Shown here piece after piece: positions 54,185-63,142 of a stretch of 64,000 bases of DNA (its first letter is position 1; the number at the start of each line of letters is the position of its first letter). The stretch spans positions 3,346-67,345 of IMG/VR virus record IMGVR_UViG_3300011116_000448, one strand, 5' to 3'. This DNA comes from a virus. The notes below the pieces were generated by a model. That model ran no database searches, was not told the DNA's origin, and saw nothing but the letters and a program-made list of their open reading frames with translations. A program made the translations under genes and the position numbers.

Positions 54185-54478
54185 ATGACTGTCAACTTCA
54201 ACATCGAGCCGATTATCTCTGACGCCGAAGCCAAGATCGTTGCAGCAGCCATCAAGGCTGACTACTTCGACAAGGAATACGGTGACCGCGATGCGGCCAA
54301 CGGTGCGCTTGAGGCGTACTTTGTCACCACCCTTCGCAACACGCCGAAGGAAAACCTTGGTGTACGCCTTGGAGAACTGAAGGCCGACTTTGGCTCATTT
54401 ACGGCGTTCAAGCGCGCCACGGATCGCGTCAAGGCCTTCCGCTCGAAGAATCCCGCTTGGAAGACCTTTACGGCCTAA
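54185..54478 (+). CDS. hypothetical protein, apparently highly expressed
   Basis: AAGGA SD; strong C-ending codon bias; 15-bp hairpin at 54489-54524 follows. Confidence 0.7.
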   Translation: MTVNFNIEPIISDAEAKIVAAAIKADYFDKEYGDRDAANGALEAYFVTTLRNTPKENLGVRLGELKADFGSFTAFKRATDRVKAFRSKNPAWKTFTA

Positions 54479-54655
54479 GCGCGGAGAAGCGCACACCGGG
54501 GTGACCGACCGCCCCGGTGTGCGTCCATTACAACGATGCTGAACATCGACTTTGAAAGGTTTATTCGTGATATGCGAATAGGCCTTTTTATTGTACTCAT
54601 TAGTCTTGCGCTAGGAGTAGCCTTGGTATCAACCCTTTAACTGCGGAGCACTAGC

Positions 54656-57600
54656 GTGCCCATGTTTTATCGCACGACAGACGAGATTAAGACTCTCGAC
54701 TCTAAGTACTATCCCTCGGATGCAACCACTGGCCCTAGCGGTCATACAAATCCTGCGGAGTTTATCCCGTACTCAAGCATCCCTTATTTTTCCCCCACAA
54801 CAATCAGAAACATTGTCAAGGCGTTGCGGACCGACCTTGACTTTGTAGAAATTCACTTCTGTAACCCGCAGTTCAATCCGTGCTACGACGGTATGTATGA
54901 CAACGGAACCTTCTTTGGTACACCTTCTATCTGGTCGTATGGCGGAGGTGCGATGTACAACGTACCTGTTGAAGTGTTCAATGTATTTGCATTGAATGCA
55001 CCCAAGGAATCACTGCCGCCAAATCTTATGGAGAGCAAGGGTTTCCTTAGGTTCGATGCTTTTACAGGTCGCTGGAGTTTTGTCAGCGCTGAAGCGTACA
55101 GAAATATGGACCGTCAGTTGCGCGACAAATGGGATCGTTGGTTGCAGGTAGTGCACAAGGGTCGTCCTGAACTCAAGTCGTACTACAATCCCACCAAGAA
55201 TCTGTTTCTTGTCAAGGTACGCCTTACGTGGCTGCTGAATGAACTACATACTATCATCAGATCCCACAACACATCCAACAGAAATTCTCTGCAGCGTTTG
55301 CAGCGTGTTACCAGAAAGCGCAACCCAAAACTTGAATCTGGTATTGTTAACGCAGTGTACACACGCAACGCCTTTAGTAACATTGAGCGGTCACATCTAC
55401 CGAGCAACGAGAATGTAAGTAAGCTACGTGGCTACCAAGCTGCCCGTAGTTTGCTGCGCAAAACACAGCGTGATGCCAAGATTCCCTTTGGTTATCACAT
55501 GATCTTCAATAACTACCCTTCACACTTCTTTAACTTTCTTGACCATCTGTCAAACAAGGAAAAGACAGAAATTCGCAAAAGGTACATTGTCGCCAACCCA
55601 TTTACTACGTGGGGTAATTTGGCTTTTGTTATCCGTAATCGTGAAAGTGAAGTGTTTTCGTACAACGTACAAACGAGTAATTCACGTACGGGTGAGCGTA
55701 TAATTGAGAAAAGAATCGCACCCCTTCACTGGCGCACGACAGGTGTTCTTTTTTCCTGTGATTGCTGCAAGAAAGATGGTTTTTCTCACAGCAATATGTA
55801 CATTCTGCCACATGTGTCAGAGAAGTGGGCTGAGTGGAAACCTGCTTTTTACAATCTTGTAGCGTTCCACAACAGACATCCAGATATCTATTTGCCGCAG
55901 TTGCATGTACATCAGTACGCTACACACGCTGCGGAGCTGATGACTATCATGAAGGTCAATGGTGCTTTGCTGAAGGATTACCGCAAGACATATTTTGACG
56001 CAAAGCAAGCAGAACTTGACTACGAAAAGGCTCTGGAGAAGTACCGATCAAAATCGAGCAAACCCACAGCCAGTGAAACCCCACACCCCTCTGGGTTGTC
56101 TAAAAACGAACGGCTTCTTCTTGACCCGGCAAAGATTCCAAACAACATTTTGTGGGCGCACGACGTATTTAGCTTCAATAAGCGTGCCAATCTGTCTCCA
56201 AAAGACCATCTTCAGTTGTTCAAGCGTGGTGTAGATAACGTCAGTGCTTTTATCCATGCTGTAGCTACACCTGCTGAAGTGACAAAGAAAAAGGAAGAGG
56301 ACGCTACACTTGACACAGCAGCACCTGTGCCACCAAGCATCTCTTCAGAGAATGTTTTGTTGGACCCACTTACGTACTCAAGACTGAAAAGTGAGATGGC
56401 TCCTGCACTTACTACTCTTATGGGGGGCTCAGGAATTTATAACTACAATGAAGGTTGGCCTCACGCTGAACAGTACAGGTCTTATACTGAAGTGCCAACT
56501 AAGTTTGATACTGTGTGCCAAAGTTGTACGTCATTGATGGAGAACTGGGGTAGACACATGCGTGCTATTACGTTGAATGCTGACCCAGCAACTATTAAAA
56601 ACATGTGGCGACAGCAGGTGCAAGATGGACTTAACTTGTTAGGGCGTATCAACGGACGTGATACTTGGAATTCAATGGAGTACATGACTTATCCCGGCAA
56701 GCATTTCCACAATCTTTTGAGCTACCTTCAGGGTGGTCATTTTACTACTCTTGAACGTTTTGGTGGTCGATTCACTGTTGATACTAAAAACCGTCTTATC
56801 AAGAATTATTCCGAAAACCCTCTTAACTTTGGAAATTTTTCAAGGTCCAAGGGTGAGCACGAAAAGCTTTCTCTTGTCAACACCCACATAGGCGTACTTG
56901 GTCGTGGTGAGGTTAGTAGAGTCAATGACCAAGTAGAACTTGACACTACGTGTTACCTTGGCGTCGAGTTGGAGGTAACTGCCAACAAGCAAGCATTTGA
57001 TCTTGCCCGTGACGCCTATAACCGATTAGACGTAGGCAATGCTGATGACGCTGCCATTAAGGAACTTGGTGTCTTTCTTGCGGCATCTACAGCCAATCGT
57101 TACTTTGTCGAGAACGGTAAGTCAGCTATCATAAAGTATGACGGCTCTTGCTCTGCTATCGGCTTTGAAATTGTTTCGGTACCCGGTACGCACGCTTGGC
57201 ACCTTAACGAAGCTTGGAAGGGCTTCTTCAAGGAAGACTTTACTGACCCTGAGGCGCAGGCCTACGCACCCTCCAATCTTTTGAGCGGTTGGCCTAACAA
57301 CGGCAGGAACGACGCGGTAACCCCGTGGAACAAGGAAGAACGCTGGAAGACGCCTACTTGCGGCATTCACATCCACGTATCACGTAACGCGCTTACGCCT
57401 CTGCAGCTTGGCAAAATGCTTGTCTACGTTACTGCCAACGAAGATGGGTTTATTGAGAAGATTGCTGGGCGCAGCGCTAATACGTACTCCAAATTCATCA
57501 AGAAAGATTTGAAACACGGTGCGTCACTTGGTCGTGGCGGATCTATTATTACCAGAGGTTCTAACGCCGCGCTTCGTGCGGAACGCTATGAAGCAATTAA

Positions 57601-57871
57601 TCTTACTTCTACCAAGGGTACTGTGGAGTTTCGTATCTTCCGGTCTAACGTGTCCAAAGCTGGATTTTTCAAGTGCATTGACTTTGTTCAGGCTCTCGTA
57701 GATTGGACTCGTGATGCTTCTCTTGCCAAGCTCAGTAACAAGCAGTTTATTGGCTTTGTTATTGACAATCGAGGCAAATACCCTTGGTTCTCCAAGTGGT
57801 TGATTGACTCCAAGTACGTCCAGACTGTTGCCACGCTTAACCCACTCTACACGCCTAACTTCAAAGGTTAA
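54656..57871 (+). CDS. putative amidoligase (glutamine synthetase-like COOH-NH2 ligase) with long N-terminal extension
   Basis: LGVELEV, K.DGS....FEIVS.P, CGIHIHVSR, RY.A.NL, TVEFRIFR motifs in the C-terminal ~320 aa; GGAG SD plus GTG. Confidence 0.85.
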   Translation: MPMFYRTTDEIKTLDSKYYPSDATTGPSGHTNPAEFIPYSSIPYFSPTTIRNIVKALRTDLDFVEIHFCNPQFNPCYDGMYDNGTFFGTPSIWSYGGGAMYNVPVEVFNVFALNAPKESLPPNLMESKGFLRFDAFTGRWSFVSAEAYRNMDRQLRDKWDRWLQVVHKGRPELKSYYNPTKNLFLVKVRLTWLLNELHTIIRSHNTSNRNSLQRLQRVTRKRNPKLESGIVNAVYTRNAFSNIERSHLPSNENVSKLRGYQAARSLLRKTQRDAKIPFGYHMIFNNYPSHFFNFLDHLSNKEKTEIRKRYIVANPFTTWGNLAFVIRNRESEVFSYNVQTSNSRTGERIIEKRIAPLHWRTTGVLFSCDCCKKDGFSHSNMYILPHVSEKWAEWKPAFYNLVAFHNRHPDIYLPQLHVHQYATHAAELMTIMKVNGALLKDYRKTYFDAKQAELDYEKALEKYRSKSSKPTASETPHPSGLSKNERLLLDPAKIPNNILWAHDVFSFNKRANLSPKDHLQLFKRGVDNVSAFIHAVATPAEVTKKKEEDATLDTAAPVPPSISSENVLLDPLTYSRLKSEMAPALTTLMGGSGIYNYNEGWPHAEQYRSYTEVPTKFDTVCQSCTSLMENWGRHMRAITLNADPATIKNMWRQQVQDGLNLLGRINGRDTWNSMEYMTYPGKHFHNLLSYLQGGHFTTLERFGGRFTVDTKNRLIKNYSENPLNFGNFSRSKGEHEKLSLVNTHIGVLGRGEVSRVNDQVELDTTCYLGVELEVTANKQAFDLARDAYNRLDVGNADDAAIKELGVFLAASTANRYFVENGKSAIIKYDGSCSAIGFEIVSVPGTHAWHLNEAWKGFFKEDFTDPEAQAYAPSNLLSGWPNNGRNDAVTPWNKEERWKTPTCGIHIHVSRNALTPLQLGKMLVYVTANEDGFIEKIAGRSANTYSKFIKKDLKHGASLGRGGSIITRGSNAALRAERYEAINLTSTKGTVEFRIFRSNVSKAGFFKCIDFVQALVDWTRDASLAKLSNKQFIGFVIDNRGKYPWFSKWLIDSKYVQTVATLNPLYTPNFKG

Positions 57872-57901
57872 TCTTTTCTTTCAACAAGGAGTATTACTTA
57901 A

Positions 57902-59224
57902 ATGTGTTTGATTGCTTACGCACCAAAGAAGTCGCTTATCTCGCTTGCATCCTTGGAGAATGCCTACGAGAACAACAAGGATGGTTGGGGTATTTGTTAT
58001 CAGGACCCCGTCTCTGAAGAGCTTATCATTGACAAGCAGCTACTTGACTTTGAGCAGTTCAAACTTGCATGGAAGATGGTACCTGAGGACGTTCACGTCG
58101 GTGTTCACTTTCGATGGAAGACACACGGCGACCTCAGTCGTGACAACGTACATCCTTACCTGATCCTTGACAAGGCCAACGGTGATCCCGTTGACCTTGC
58201 GCTTATGCACAACGGTGTCATCTCGTATATCCACCCACACGGTGAAAAGCGTTCTGATACGCAGATGTACGTAGACCTGATCTTGCGCCCAATCTTGCTC
58301 AAGAACTGGGAACTCATTTACGACCCCAACTTCAAGCTGTTGATTGAGCGTGACATCAGCACGGGGTCCAAGTTCCTTATCATGCCCAGCAAGGGTGATC
58401 CTATCATCTATAACAAAAAGCAAGGTCATGAACCCAAGGAACAGCCTGACGTTTGGTATTCAAATTCTTACTCCATCGACTCGCCTACTTGGCGTAGAGG
58501 AAAGACCACTGCCAACAATAACAACAACGCGGGCAATGGGTACTCCTACGACAGGTACCAAAGCAACTTTCCCAGTCCCGGCAACAGAGGGTCAAAAAAC
58601 GAAGACTACAAGCCCTACATCTGGCCCACCAATCTTACCCCCAAGGAGGAGGAACGTAAGAAAGAAATCCTCGCTTTGGTCAAGCCTCACGAAAAGATCC
58701 TTGATCGTGTTATGCGTGGTGACAAGTCTCTGCTTGGCTATGGGTGGGTCTTGGACGACCGTTGGAATACTATTAGTTGTACTTTCAGTAATCCTTTGGC
58801 CGAAAAGCTGAGGAAGTTTATTCGCGACCATACAAAGCGGGTGGAAAAAGAACAGAAGGAAGCTACATCCAGTAATGTAATTCCTTTACCATCCTCCGCG
58901 CCTGAAGGCGTGGATAAAGACACAGAGAAGAGACTGAACCGAGCCAACCTGAAGCTTAGTTCTAGGGCTGAAACACTTGAGTGGGTACGAGCTAACCCAG
59001 ATGACGCTACTGATTATTTGATCGACGCAGGGTTCTCAGGCGGCAAGCCTGCTGTACTTGATTGGGTCACCAAAGACCTCGACAGGGCTAGCGAACAAGT
59101 ATACAATTACGCTCATTTCAATAAGTTGATTGATTACAACATCAATCAGCCCACCCAAGGGTCTTTGAACCTCTTGGATACTGATGAAGATGATTACATG
59201 ATGGGTGCTTATGGATATGCGTAA
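57902..59224 (+). CDS. class II (Ntn) glutamine amidotransferase
   Basis: N-terminal M-C, N.DGWG, HFR..THG, N.HPY, MHNGVI, SDT, WYSN; AAGGAG SD. Confidence 0.9.
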   Translation: MCLIAYAPKKSLISLASLENAYENNKDGWGICYQDPVSEELIIDKQLLDFEQFKLAWKMVPEDVHVGVHFRWKTHGDLSRDNVHPYLILDKANGDPVDLALMHNGVISYIHPHGEKRSDTQMYVDLILRPILLKNWELIYDPNFKLLIERDISTGSKFLIMPSKGDPIIYNKKQGHEPKEQPDVWYSNSYSIDSPTWRRGKTTANNNNNAGNGYSYDRYQSNFPSPGNRGSKNEDYKPYIWPTNLTPKEEERKKEILALVKPHEKILDRVMRGDKSLLGYGWVLDDRWNTISCTFSNPLAEKLRKFIRDHTKRVEKEQKEATSSNVIPLPSSAPEGVDKDTEKRLNRANLKLSSRAETLEWVRANPDDATDYLIDAGFSGGKPAVLDWVTKDLDRASEQVYNYAHFNKLIDYNINQPTQGSLNLLDTDEDDYMMGAYGYA

Positions 59225-59325
59225 TTTCTTAACAAAAAGGATAATTTGCTAGAACTTTTATTGATTGTTGTCTTCATAATTTGGGCCGTTGTTGGGTTCT
59301 TAGGAGGAACTAAGTAACTCCTTAG

Positions 59326-59355
59326 AGTATACAAGTGACCCAAAACCCTTGTCAA
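59326..59355 (-). promoter_or_regulatory. near-consensus sigma70 promoter facing antisense to the amidoligase/GATase genes
   Basis: TTGACA-18 nt-TATACT on the minus strand in an intergenic gap. Confidence 0.5.
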
Positions 59356-59400
59356 GTGAATTTTTTGTGAACATCAAGAACCTTAAGGAAACAGCCAAAA

Positions 59401-59631
59401 ATGGTCGGACCTCCTGCCCAAGACATACGTAGCCTACTCTTCGGTAACACAGAAGACTACTCTGTGTCTTTCCATACAAATGATGAAGGAAAGGTAATTA
59501 TTCAAATCCTGAATGGCAATCACTCAAGGATTTTTGTAGGTACCAAGGATGATGTTCAGTCATTCATTGACGCACTGATGAGTGCGTGTGTGCGGGCAGA
59601 GTCAATCGAACTTGCCCTTAAAGGTAACTAA
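59401..59631 (+). CDS. hypothetical protein
   Basis: ATG ORF with AAGGA upstream. Confidence 0.55.
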   Translation: MVGPPAQDIRSLLFGNTEDYSVSFHTNDEGKVIIQILNGNHSRIFVGTKDDVQSFIDALMSACVRAESIELALKGN

Positions 59632-59635
59632 TACT

Positions 59636-59902
59636 ATGCTTACGTATCCTTTGAACTACGATCCAAATACCCTCACTGAAGCGCAGATTTGGAAGAAGGC
59701 CATGTATCTTGAGCAAAAGCTTCAAGAACACATCGGTACTGACAAATACATTGGCAAGAATTCACGGGTGGCTAAAATCACCTTTGAGTGCAATGTTCTT
59801 TGGAAGGCTCTGGAGGCCCTCGGGCGGAAAGAGGTATCTCATAACCGGGCATTGCAGAATAGGGCGTCCTTGACGCTTATTACCCCCGCTACTAAACGGT
59901 AG
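59636..59902 (+). CDS. hypothetical protein
   Basis: ATG just after the upstream stop. Confidence 0.55.
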   Translation: MLTYPLNYDPNTLTEAQIWKKAMYLEQKLQEHIGTDKYIGKNSRVAKITFECNVLWKALEALGRKEVSHNRALQNRASLTLITPATKR

Positions 59903-59930
59903 CTTTCTTTACCCACATAAAGGAGTTTAA

Positions 59931-60320
59931 TTGAACATGGCTAAGTTTCTCAGCAACGCACTTAAGGCAGTAACACCCTCGCCCGTTACGGAAGTCCCCT
60001 CCAATGGTGGCGGTAGCGTGGTCACTGTTACAGTCAACAAAGAAGCCGTACAGGACGACAAGGTGCCCGAGAAGTCATTCTGGTGTGTGGAAGAACCCTT
60101 TGTCGTTAATCAGGCGATCCCTAGTGACCTGTCAAAGGCCAGCACTGGCAAAACCCTTAGTGAAATCAACCCCGTCAAGAGTGCGTTCAATCTCTTCGGG
60201 TCTTTTGAAGAAGCTGCCGCGTATGGGCAGCGACTTAATCGTAACCTTGTTATCTTTGAAATCAAGCCAAGTGCTACCGTAAGGCCGCAGCTTGCCTTGG
60301 TTGCCAAGATCGAAGAGTAG
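59931..60320 (+). CDS. hypothetical protein
   Basis: AAGGAG SD; terminator follows. Confidence 0.65.
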   Translation: MNMAKFLSNALKAVTPSPVTEVPSNGGGSVVTVTVNKEAVQDDKVPEKSFWCVEEPFVVNQAIPSDLSKASTGKTLSEINPVKSAFNLFGSFEEAAAYGQRLNRNLVIFEIKPSATVRPQLALVAKIEE

Positions 60321-60329
60321 TCTACATAA

Positions 60330-60363
60330 ACCCCCTTAGGTATCTTCCTAAGGGGGTATTTTT
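60330..60363 (+). terminator. intrinsic terminator
   Basis: ACCCCCTTAGG/CCTAAGGGGGT stem plus ATTTTT. Confidence 0.75.
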
Positions 60364-60386
60364 ACACAAAAGGAGTCCTATCACAA

Positions 60387-60602
60387 ATGTCTGCCGAAAA
60401 CCCAAAGCTTTCCGAATTGCTTCTAAGTATGCAGAACATCTGCAATTTGATTGAAAAGCACCCCAATTTTGGTGCCTTTATCGGTATGTACACAGCAGAT
60501 CGTGTAGAAGACCTGTTGTTTGAACTTCCTGAAGAAATCAAGTTTGTGGAAAAGCAGGAGAACAAGGAACAGTCATGCTCTATTTCATCTCTCACGCCGT
60601 AG
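60387..60602 (+). CDS. hypothetical protein
   Basis: AAGGAG SD plus ATG. Confidence 0.55.
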   Translation: MSAENPKLSELLLSMQNICNLIEKHPNFGAFIGMYTADRVEDLLFELPEEIKFVEKQENKEQSCSISSLTP

Positions 60603-61234
60603 GCGCTATCTTTGGAGGACTGCTGCACCGCCTGAGGGGTGGGTGGTTCTCCAACATTGCAAGACGTTATGGCTGGAAGTGGGGTGCGTCCCAACGTACC
60701 CAGCTAATGCGCCTCATCTGGAGCCTTCCTACGGGCTTCCTGCTGTGGTTTGCCATGACCCCTGATACTGAGATGTGGTATCGGGGATTCCTTCTCAGTG
60801 CCTTTGTATTCGCCTCTATGGCCCTTTGGGGTCACGGGGCACACATGATCTACGACATAAAAGAGTATCGCAAACGCTTCGACGACCCCAACTTCAACGA
60901 AAAGGGGTCCATTGAGTTTGCTACCCAGTGGTGGTTACCCAAGCTGTTTGGTGGTATGCCTAACCGTACTTGGAGTGACAACAAAATCATCCTGTTCAAT
61001 TTTACAGGTATGACCTTCATTGGGTTTGTACGTCACTTGACTGTAGTGTTGCCCTTTTGTATCATGGCACCTTGGTTTGCTTTTTGGTACGTGATACTTG
61101 GGTTTCTTTACGCCGGGTGGTACGTACTTGGTGAACTTACCCCTCGCCCAAAAGACTATACAGGGGGTGAAGTGGCTGAGTTCTATGTAGGATTTACAAC
61201 GTGGTTGTTTATCCTTATGTGGTGGTTTAAGTGA
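60575..61234 (+). CDS. multi-pass membrane protein
   Basis: Five to six hydrophobic helices; L.R.RGG and E..E...G motifs. Confidence 0.7.
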   Translation: MLYFISHAVGAIFGGLLHRLRGGWFSNIARRYGWKWGASQRTQLMRLIWSLPTGFLLWFAMTPDTEMWYRGFLLSAFVFASMALWGHGAHMIYDIKEYRKRFDDPNFNEKGSIEFATQWWLPKLFGGMPNRTWSDNKIILFNFTGMTFIGFVRHLTVVLPFCIMAPWFAFWYVILGFLYAGWYVLGELTPRPKDYTGGEVAEFYVGFTTWLFILMWWFK

Positions 61235-61446
61235 AAGAGAACAACACTCAAGTACTAAGAATCCAGTACGACCCCAACTTTGATCATTTCATGATTGACG
61301 GGACGCATAGCTTTACTCGACCTATACTGGTTGTGGACGGCTACGAAGCATTTCGGAAATTCATGATGTATTTTGATGCGTTCATGCACGAAGTTGAGGC
61401 AACAAAGCGTGAAGCTAGAAAGGAAAAAGAACAATGCAATTTGTAG
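61231..61446 (+). CDS. hypothetical protein
   Basis: GTGA overlap with the upstream stop. Confidence 0.5.
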   Translation: MKENNTQVLRIQYDPNFDHFMIDGTHSFTRPILVVDGYEAFRKFMMYFDAFMHEVEATKREARKEKEQCNL

Positions 61447-62045
61447 CGTTTCCAAAGATTCCACGACTCAATCGGGATATTATAATTACCGAAAAGATCG
61501 ACGGGACTAACGCGTCTGTTTTCATTGTCAATGTTGATAATCCAACGACCTTTGACTCCAATTGGAACATGAGTAAAAACTACATTACCAACAGAGGTCC
61601 GTATTTTATCTATGCAGGATCACGAAAAAGGTGGATTACCCCCGAAAGTGACAATTTTGGGTTTGCCAAGTGGGTTAAAGATAACGCTGAAGATTTGTTT
61701 GAATTGGGAGAAGGACACCACTTTGGAGAATGGTGGGGTCAGGGTATCCAGCGTGGATACGGTCTTAAGGAAAAACGTTTCAGCTTGTTCAATATCGCTC
61801 GTTGGGGTAAGGATGCAATACGCCCCAAATGCTGTCACGTAGTCCCAGCACTCTACACCGGCCCGTTTGACCAGATGATTATTACACGGCAGGTGGAGCT
61901 ATTGGCGAGAGTAGGTTCTTTTGCAGCACCCGGATTTAAAGACCCCGAAGGTGTAATCATCTACCATGTTGCAGGCAACCATATGTACAAGGTTACTTGC
62001 AAGGATGATGAAAAGCCTAAAATGCAGTCGGTGACGGAACCGTGA
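61434..62045 (+). CDS. RNA ligase (Rnl2-like nucleotidyltransferase domain)
   Basis: FPKI.RL, motif I TEKIDGTN, GSR, DNFGFA, FGEWWG.GIQ, PEG...K motifs. Confidence 0.85.
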   Translation: MQFVAFPKIPRLNRDIIITEKIDGTNASVFIVNVDNPTTFDSNWNMSKNYITNRGPYFIYAGSRKRWITPESDNFGFAKWVKDNAEDLFELGEGHHFGEWWGQGIQRGYGLKEKRFSLFNIARWGKDAIRPKCCHVVPALYTGPFDQMIITRQVELLARVGSFAAPGFKDPEGVIIYHVAGNHMYKVTCKDDEKPKMQSVTEP

Positions 62046-62280
62046 GTTTATCGCAGAGCTTGTGCCACACAGCATTGTGCTCTTTGATTTCTCTAACGGT
62101 TTCGGGAGTGTCTTTAGTAGACCAACTGATTGGCTTAGCAATCTCACAAAAGTTAGCGCCCCGGTTCACAAGGACCGGGTCGTTAATCTTTGGAGGGTCG
62201 AGTATGCTCATCAGGTTGCAAGATGCTAGAAGGGTCATTGTCAAACCCAGCGTTAACAGCTTTGCGTGCAGCTTCAGCAT
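62017..62280 (-). CDS. o-spanin (Rz1-like lipoprotein)
   Basis: Lipobox LLASC; FC..AKPI.WS..DT.ET...I..HNA.W..LC; overlaps the i-spanin. Confidence 0.75.
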   Translation of the reverse strand: MLKLHAKLLTLGLTMTLLASCNLMSILDPPKINDPVLVNRGANFCEIAKPISWSTKDTPETVREIKEHNAVWHKLCDKLTVPSPTAF

Positions 62281-62425
62281 CGGCTAAATCCTTTGTTACC
62301 CTTGCAAGAACTTGTACCGCAATGAGTGCTTCGTCTTCCTTGAACAACTTGGAGCGCGCACCCCACTCAACAAAACGGTTGAGCAGGGTGAGCACCAGTG
62401 TTACAAGCGTGATTACGCTAGTCAT
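62183..62425 (-). CDS. i-spanin (Rz-like)
   Basis: N-terminal TM, helical Ala-rich body, D...R C-terminus; between holin and o-spanin. Confidence 0.65.
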   Translation of the reverse strand: MTSVITLVTLVLTLLNRFVEWGARSKLFKEDEALIAVQVLARVTKDLADAEAARKAVNAGFDNDPSSILQPDEHTRPSKD

Positions 62426-62446
62426 TCTAGTATGTTCACAGCGCCC

Positions 62447-62665
62447 TTAGCTGGACGGCTTCTTTATGAACACACCGCCAGCTTTAAAGCGGCCTACGAT
62501 GCCATAGACTGTAGCCACTGCAGCCGCCACGGCACCGCAAGCCTGTACGATGTCTGCGGATGCTTCTGGGGCGACTTCATAGCCGAACAAGGACGTAGCG
62601 ATACCAGCAAAGGCAATCACCTGCGACCAAATAGTCTGGGACTGATACCACGGTTTGTCGGTCAT
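62447..62665 (-). CDS. holin
   Basis: KPWYQS.TIW N-terminus, two TM helices, YGIVGR..A basic tail; AAGGAG SD. Confidence 0.75.
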   Translation of the reverse strand: MTDKPWYQSQTIWSQVIAFAGIATSLFGYEVAPEASADIVQACGAVAAAVATVYGIVGRFKAGGVFIKKPSS

Positions 62666-62736
62666 AATTCTGTTACTCCTTTTAAATACAAGGTTTTTCT
62701 TAAAAATGGCGGTTTTTAGGGCCTGCCACGGAGGTA

Positions 62737-62749
62737 ATTATAGCACGCC
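62737..62749 (-). promoter_or_regulatory. putative promoter GGCGTGCTATAAT for the holin-spanin cassette
   Basis: TGn-TATAAT extended -10 about 70 bp upstream of the holin ATG. Confidence 0.6.
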
Positions 62750-63142
62750 ATGCGTAAAGACTACCTGCGGAAGGTCAAACGGTTGAGCAAGGCATTCGTT
62801 AATGATGTCATTGAAACAACCCTGCGTATTCATAAAAAAGACCAGAAAGCGTACCCTTTAAGGGTTCACAAGTCTGTGTCCAAGCGGTTTAACAAAGTAC
62901 ATCGGTATCAAGTTACCCTGTTGCTTATCTACCTCGAAGAGATTGGTTTCTTTGAGTCAACCCTAGAAAGTGTGGAGGAATTTCGTGAGCGTATGCAAGA
63001 CATTAAAGGTTTGTACGAGCGTGGTCGTCGTAGGCGGTATTTTCGTCCTTCAAGTGGCGTTCCAAAAGATGCTCCTTTGGAGTACAGAAAAATCACCCAC
63101 GAAGAGTTAGGTATCTTTAAAGATTGGGAGTATCCAGTATGA
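62750..63142 (+). CDS. basic hypothetical protein
   Basis: 130-aa ATG ORF; GGAGG upstream. Confidence 0.55.
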   Translation: MRKDYLRKVKRLSKAFVNDVIETTLRIHKKDQKAYPLRVHKSVSKRFNKVHRYQVTLLLIYLEEIGFFESTLESVEEFRERMQDIKGLYERGRRRRYFRPSSGVPKDAPLEYRKITHEELGIFKDWEYPV

